From NCBI GenBank assembly GCA_038131935.1, contig JAYPQH010000016.1, positions 1 to 35,103 on the forward strand: 35,103 nucleotides of DNA. Reading direction: 5' to 3'. The stretch's first letter is position 1; the number at the start of each line of letters is the position of its first letter. The notes below the pieces were generated by a model. That model was not told the DNA's origin and searched no databases. It worked only from the letters and a program-made list of their open reading frames with translations. Shown here one piece after another: positions 30,767-35,103 of the stretch. Position numbers and translations under genes: made by a program. This DNA is from Alphaproteobacteria bacterium (GTDB lineage: Bacteria > Pseudomonadota > Alphaproteobacteria > UBA8317).

Positions 30767-31867
30767 ATGCATATAGAAGAGACTGCACCTGAGACAACAT
30801 TGGTAATTGGTGCAAGCGGTATTATTGGTGGTGGGTACCTTCGACATACCCTCAAGCGGGTTGCCCAGCAAATCCCAGAGCAAACGGTAGATGGACCCAT
30901 ATTAATTGGTTTATCAAGGCAACCCCCTGCGCTTCCACATACGCAATACATACCTATGGCTCATGACCTGATGAATGATGATGAAGAACATGAAATTGAT
31001 CAGCATCCAAACCTTAAAGATGTCACCAGGGCCGTTTATGCTGGGTTTATCGATGGGGATCCTCGAACAGGGCAACGAGAAAACAATAGAATGTTGTTTG
31101 CCAAGGCACTTGGTTTCCTTCGAGCTCATTGTCCCTCTCTCAAACATGTTACGCTCATGGAGGGAATGAAGGCTTACGGAACACATCTTGGGCCACATAA
31201 AACCCCCTCGCGTGAAACAGATCCACGGTTGCCTGAGGGGCATTATTATTACGACCAAGAAGACTTACTTCGACAATACGCAGCTCAGATGGGGTGGATG
31301 TATACAGTGTTGCGTCCCCATATCGTTTTAGGACCAGCAAGGCGATCGCCACAAAATATTATCTCGGTATTAGCGACGCATGCGCGGATGTGCAAAGCGT
31401 CTGGCGAGCGCTTCTTCTTTCCAGGTAATGAACAGAGTTTCACATCCATAACCCAGGCTACAGATATTGATCTGTTATGCCAGGCTATTGATTGGGCATA
31501 TTTGTCTGAGGAGGCCCGGGGAGGCGTTTTTAACATCACCAATGGGGATGTGTTTCGTTGGTGTAATTTATGGCCTAAAATTGCAGATTTTTTTGAATTA
31601 GAAGCTGAAGGGCCACGTAATATCAAGCTTTCTTCATATTGGGATCAAGGCAAAGCGATTGGCATGAACATGAGGGGTGCTCACGCCCATAGCCACGCAA
31701 TTTCTGAAGAAGGGCAAACATTTGTTTCTTGGCCATTCGCTGATTATGTATTTTCAATAACATGGGATGTTATGGCTCATTTAGGTGCCTGCAGGAAGGC
31801 TGGTTTTCATGGCTATTGTGATACCGAAGAGGTTATCTTAGCGCGTTTGGAAGATTTTAATTTTTAA
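30767..31867 (+). CDS. Atypical SDR of the PRISE (progesterone 5-beta-reductase / iridoid synthase-like) family
   Basis: LVIGASGIIG, GLSR, L.HV.L.EG.K.YG.HLG...TP.RE.DPR, YYDQEDL, LRPH, FNITNGDVFRW..LWP.IA.FF, R.AGF. Confidence 0.85.
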   Translation: MHIEETAPETTLVIGASGIIGGGYLRHTLKRVAQQIPEQTVDGPILIGLSRQPPALPHTQYIPMAHDLMNDDEEHEIDQHPNLKDVTRAVYAGFIDGDPRTGQRENNRMLFAKALGFLRAHCPSLKHVTLMEGMKAYGTHLGPHKTPSRETDPRLPEGHYYYDQEDLLRQYAAQMGWMYTVLRPHIVLGPARRSPQNIISVLATHARMCKASGERFFFPGNEQSFTSITQATDIDLLCQAIDWAYLSEEARGGVFNITNGDVFRWCNLWPKIADFFELEAEGPRNIKLSSYWDQGKAIGMNMRGAHAHSHAISEEGQTFVSWPFADYVFSITWDVMAHLGACRKAGFHGYCDTEEVILARLEDFNF

Positions 31868-31913
31868 AGTGGAAGATTTACGATTTCATCAAAACAACAG
31901 GAGTTTTTTGGCA

Positions 31914-32546
31914 ATGATCCCCTACGAATGGCAGCATGCCCACCACTCAAAAACAGTCATTGTTGCTAACCATTTTCAGAACGAAAACTGTCATCGAGAT
32001 GGTAAAATTAAGGTAGGCATAGCCCAAGACGCCTCATGGCGTGAGGAGCGGTTGGAAAATGCCAAACGCTTATTTGCAGCGGCTCGTGCCATAGGAGTTC
32101 CTATCGTTCATGTCCGCTTGGCGGTGCGCTCAGACTTTAAAGGATTGGCGGATAACACACCCATATTTCGGCAATGGGTTGAACTTGGTGCGTGGCAGGA
32201 AGGAAGTTGGGGGGTTGAGTTTATAGAAGGCTTAGAGCCCCTCGTTGACGAAGTTGTGGTCACCCACACACGAAATTCTGCATTTCATGGGTGTGACCTG
32301 CCGGATGTGTTGATCGGCTTGGGTGCAGAAACCCTCGTATTTTGTGGTGTGTCTACAGCTTACACTGTTGAAAGTTCTGTGCGACATGCAACGGATGTGG
32401 GTTATGATGTTATGGTTGCCTCAGACGCCTGTTCAACTGCGACACAAGATCAACATTACGCTGCGCTACGTGCGATGTCCTTATTGGCTGATATTCAAGA
32501 AGTTGATGACATCATAGCCCTTTGGGATACACAAAAGACAGGCTAG
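31914..32546 (+). CDS. Isochorismatase / cysteine hydrolase-fold protein with a non-canonical active site
   Basis: HFQN, AARA.GVPIVH, GSWG.E....L.P, R.SAF.G..L...L, GVST..xVESSVR.A.D.GY.V.V.SDAC. AGGAG RBS. Confidence 0.88.
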   Translation: MIPYEWQHAHHSKTVIVANHFQNENCHRDGKIKVGIAQDASWREERLENAKRLFAAARAIGVPIVHVRLAVRSDFKGLADNTPIFRQWVELGAWQEGSWGVEFIEGLEPLVDEVVVTHTRNSAFHGCDLPDVLIGLGAETLVFCGVSTAYTVESSVRHATDVGYDVMVASDACSTATQDQHYAALRAMSLLADIQEVDDIIALWDTQKTG

Positions 32547-32704
32547 GGCGAACATCTAAGTTGGTCGTGTTTTGTTTGTTGACAATTGATCACAAAGGGT
32601 TCCAGCATTTGCCATGATCATTGATCAAAGCGTGTTATGTCATTCAACATCATATTTAGAAACAAAATTTATCCAGTTAGACATGTAAAAAGGGGAGGCG
32701 GAAA

Positions 32705-33763
32705 ATGAAAGCTTATCAAATTACCAGTTGGGGAGGTCCGCTAGAGGAAAACGAAGTGGCGATGCCAGAACCAAAAGGACATGAGGTTCTTGTGAAAATC
32801 ACGGCCTGTGGCATTTGCCACTCTGATATTCATATTTGGGATGGTTATTTTGACCTTGGTGGCGGCAACAAAATTGATCTACCCAATCAACGTGGCTTGA
32901 AACTGCCCTTTACACTTGGACATGAACCTGTGGGAGAGGTCGTGGCCATTGGTGACCAGGTGCAACAGGCAAATATTGGTCAACATGCGGTGGTATACCC
33001 ATGGATAGGCTGTGGCTCTTGTCATCATTGTACAGATGGAGAGGAATTGCTTTGCGCGGCGCCTCGAACTGTGGGCACAAGAATTCCCGGAGGATATGCG
33101 GAATATTTATTGGTACCTCATGAAAAGTACCTCGTCTCCCATGATGGTGTGCCTAAAGAGGTGGCCGCAACAGCTGCATGCTCAGGTATCACGGCATATT
33201 CAGCATTAAAGAAGCTACGTGAATACGGATCTGATGCAACAATTTTGCTCATTGGTGCAGGGGGTGTGGGTTTGTCAGGTGTTGGGATGGCAAAGGCCGT
33301 CACAGGCGCGCATATCGTTGTCGCAGACATGGATCCTGCAAAGCGAGCCATTGCACTTGAGCATGGCGCTGACGAGGTCATCGATAATACCGATCCAGAT
33401 GCCGTCACAGCGCTTATTGAAAAGACCCAAGGTGGGGTGCAAGGCGTTGTCGACTTTGTGGGTGCGCCCGCTACAACAAAATTCGGTTTCTCTGTCCTCG
33501 CAAAGGGTGGAAAACATGTTGTTGTTGGTTTGTATGGTGGATCTGTTGAACTCTCCACACCTCTATTCCCTTTGAAAGTAAATACGATCCAAGGGTCTTA
33601 TGTTGGTACAAAGCAGGATTTGGTGGAGCTACTAGATTTGATACGCCAAGGAAAGGTAAAAACGGTTCCCGTGGAGCCAAGACATTTGTCAGAGGCCCCA
33701 CAGGCGATTCAAGACCTTCGTGATGGAAAAGCCAAAGGTCGTTATGTTCTTGTCACTGAGTAG
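32705..33763 (+). CDS. Zn-dependent alcohol dehydrogenase (6-hydroxyhexanoate dehydrogenase / ChnD-like MDR)
   Basis: CGICHSD.H..DGYFDLGGG, GHE, YPWIGCG.C..C.......C, ACSGIT.YSA, GAGGVG, DFVG, IQGSYVG. Confidence 0.9.
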   Translation: MKAYQITSWGGPLEENEVAMPEPKGHEVLVKITACGICHSDIHIWDGYFDLGGGNKIDLPNQRGLKLPFTLGHEPVGEVVAIGDQVQQANIGQHAVVYPWIGCGSCHHCTDGEELLCAAPRTVGTRIPGGYAEYLLVPHEKYLVSHDGVPKEVAATAACSGITAYSALKKLREYGSDATILLIGAGGVGLSGVGMAKAVTGAHIVVADMDPAKRAIALEHGADEVIDNTDPDAVTALIEKTQGGVQGVVDFVGAPATTKFGFSVLAKGGKHVVVGLYGGSVELSTPLFPLKVNTIQGSYVGTKQDLVELLDLIRQGKVKTVPVEPRHLSEAPQAIQDLRDGKAKGRYVLVTE

Positions 33764-33768
33764 TCAGG

Positions 33769-34515
33769 TCAACGACCACCTGAAATAGGAATGATGGACC
33801 CAGTAACATAAGATGAGCTGGGTCCAGATAACCAAACAACGACGTCTGCTACTTCTTCAGGACCTCCAATGCGCCCCATGGGTACACCCGGTAGAAGTCT
33901 TTCCAAGCGCTTTCCATCACCGACATTGTGAATATCTGTGTCGATCAATCCTGGGCCAACAGCGTTGACGCGAATGCCTTCTGGCGCAACCTCTTTTGCA
34001 AGGCCAATGGTTAACGTATCCATCGCGCCTTTTGAGGCGGCATAATGGATAAACTCACCGCCAGAACCCAATTGAGCCGCCCGAGAAGACATGATGACGA
34101 TGGTGCCCCCAGAACCTCCAGAGCTCTTTGCCATATGTTTTACAGCGGCTTGTGCTGTTAAAAAGGCGCCAACAACATTGATCTGTACAACATCCTGCAA
34201 GTCTTCAACTGATAGATCTTTTAGCAAACTTACTGGTCCGGTAATCCCGGCATTTGCAAACACTGCGGTGATGGGGCCAAGTTGCTCTGCGGTTTGTGTG
34301 AACATCATCTCAATATCTAAAGGATTGCGGACGTCACCAGGGATTGCAATGGCCTGCCCACCCATGGCTTCAATATCTTTTACAACCTCAAGTGCGGTAT
34401 CTCTTGAGCGCGCATAATTCACGCCAACCGCATACCCTGCCGCCGCGGCGCGCCTTGCTGTCGCCGCGCCGATACCTCTACTGGCGCCTGTGATAAGCAT
34501 AACTTGTTTTTCCAT
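33769..34515 (-). CDS. Classical SDR oxidoreductase (YgfF-like)
   Basis: TGASRGIG, ANAG, SS.AA.LG.GGE..HYAASKG. True start MEKQ at 34515. Confidence 0.9.
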   Translation of the reverse strand: MEKQVMLITGASRGIGAATARRAAAAGYAVGVNYARSRDTALEVVKDIEAMGGQAIAIPGDVRNPLDIEMMFTQTAEQLGPITAVFANAGITGPVSLLKDLSVEDLQDVVQINVVGAFLTAQAAVKHMAKSSGGSGGTIVIMSSRAAQLGSGGEFIHYAASKGAMDTLTIGLAKEVAPEGIRVNAVGPGLIDTDIHNVGDGKRLERLLPGVPMGRIGGPEEVADVVVWLSGPSSSYVTGSIIPISGGR

Positions 34516-34585
34516 ATGGTTTCTCCCTTGCTGGTTTGATAGAAAATCACGCATGTTAAAGTTACAACTTACAGGTGAGGGAAAA

Positions 34586-35103
34586 ATGAACAAGTATGAT
34601 CTTGATGGGCGACATGCTGTCGTGACAGGTGGGGCACAAGGAATTGGATTGGCGATCACAGAGCGACTGGTACAAAGTGGGGCGACCGTATCCATATGGG
34701 ATGTTGACCAAGATCGTGCGGCGCAGGTGGCTTTTCTCCATGGTGGTCAGGTTCAGGCACGACAAGTTGATGTAACCAGTTATGAATCTGTTTCTCGCGC
34801 TGCCCAAGCGGAGGATGCGATTGACATACTTGTTAATAACGCCGGTATTGCTGGCCCCAATATGCCCCTAGCTGATTATCCACTTGAGGACTGGAAACAG
34901 GTTATGGATATCAACATGAACGGCGTTTTCATTGTCTCAAGGCGGTAACGCCGCGGATGATTGAAGCGGGTTACGGACGTATTATCAATATTGCTTCAAT
35001 TGCAGGCAAGGGGTAAGCAACGCTTCTGCTTATTCAGCTTCTAAAGCGGCAGTGATTGCGATGACAAAGTCGCTCGGAAAAGAGGTGTGAGTTATGATAG
35101 CAA
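34586..35103 (+). CDS. Classical SDR oxidoreductase, 3'-truncated by the window end, several indels after 34925
   Basis: TGGAQGIG, NNAGIAGPN, then in shifted frames GRIINIASIAGK and ASAYSASKAAVIAMTKSLGKE. Confidence 0.85.

Noticed and set aside
32614-32628. FNR/FixK box upstream of the Zn-ADH
   Set aside because: ATGAT-N5-ATCAA has the wrong spacer (FNR is TTGAT-N4-ATCAA) and a mismatch.
34490-34695. Apparent head-to-head overlap of two SDR ORFs (33769-34695 minus and 34490-34948 plus)
   Set aside because: The extensions are antisense read-through of the opposite SDR. The RBS-supported starts at 34515 and 34586 leave a 70-bp gap.
345-34807. Numerous 60-170 aa alternative-frame and antisense ORFs in the track (e.g. 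9276-9584, 11510-12010, 18100-18609, 33118-33558)
   Set aside because: They lie within well-supported genes, have no recognisable motifs, and show the typical antisense-shadow composition.
1-35103. CRISPR arrays, tRNA/rRNA, IS elements, tandem repeats
   Set aside because: All intergenic gaps are under about 240 bp and show no repeat-spacer periodicity, cloverleaf signatures or terminal inverted repeats. No transposase ORF was seen.

Overview
A 35 kb, gene-dense bacterial chromosomal region with about 38 CDSs. It is probably from a marine-type Alphaproteobacterium, inferred from the gene families and moderate GC judged by eye. It is almost entirely small-molecule metabolism and transport. From the start: a membrane protein resembling the C-terminus of DotA/TraY, an M20 N-carbamoyl amidohydrolase, a PaaI thioesterase, a cytoplasmic BisC-type molybdoenzyme with a convergent mobA, a class V aminotransferase, an MFS transporter and a TAXI-type TRAP transporter. 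The TRAP permease is followed by a translationally coupled small membrane gene that the ORF track missed. The middle holds cupin, PqiA, DUF4864, GST, SCP2-type thiolase, AEC transporter, orphan ParA plus GNAT, homocysteine S-methyltransferase, 2-hydroxyacid dehydrogenase, an SDR/3-hydroxyacyl dehydrogenase/BKACE operon, a DMT transporter and a secreted cyclase-family protein. The best candidate for an undescribed system is a divergent catabolic cluster at 25378-33763. One arm is NIPSNAP-SDR-SDR-BVMO-shikimate DH paralogue-Gfo/Idh/MocA. The other is PRISE enone reductase, an isochorismatase-fold protein whose Asp-Lys-Cys triad reads His-His-Thr, and a ChnD-like Zn-ADH. About 15 genes are broken by single-base indels (mostly in homopolymers) or stops, most likely sequencing error. 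No rRNA, tRNA, CRISPR array, mobile element or transcription regulator gene was recognised. All family calls are from motif recognition by eye, not database searches.
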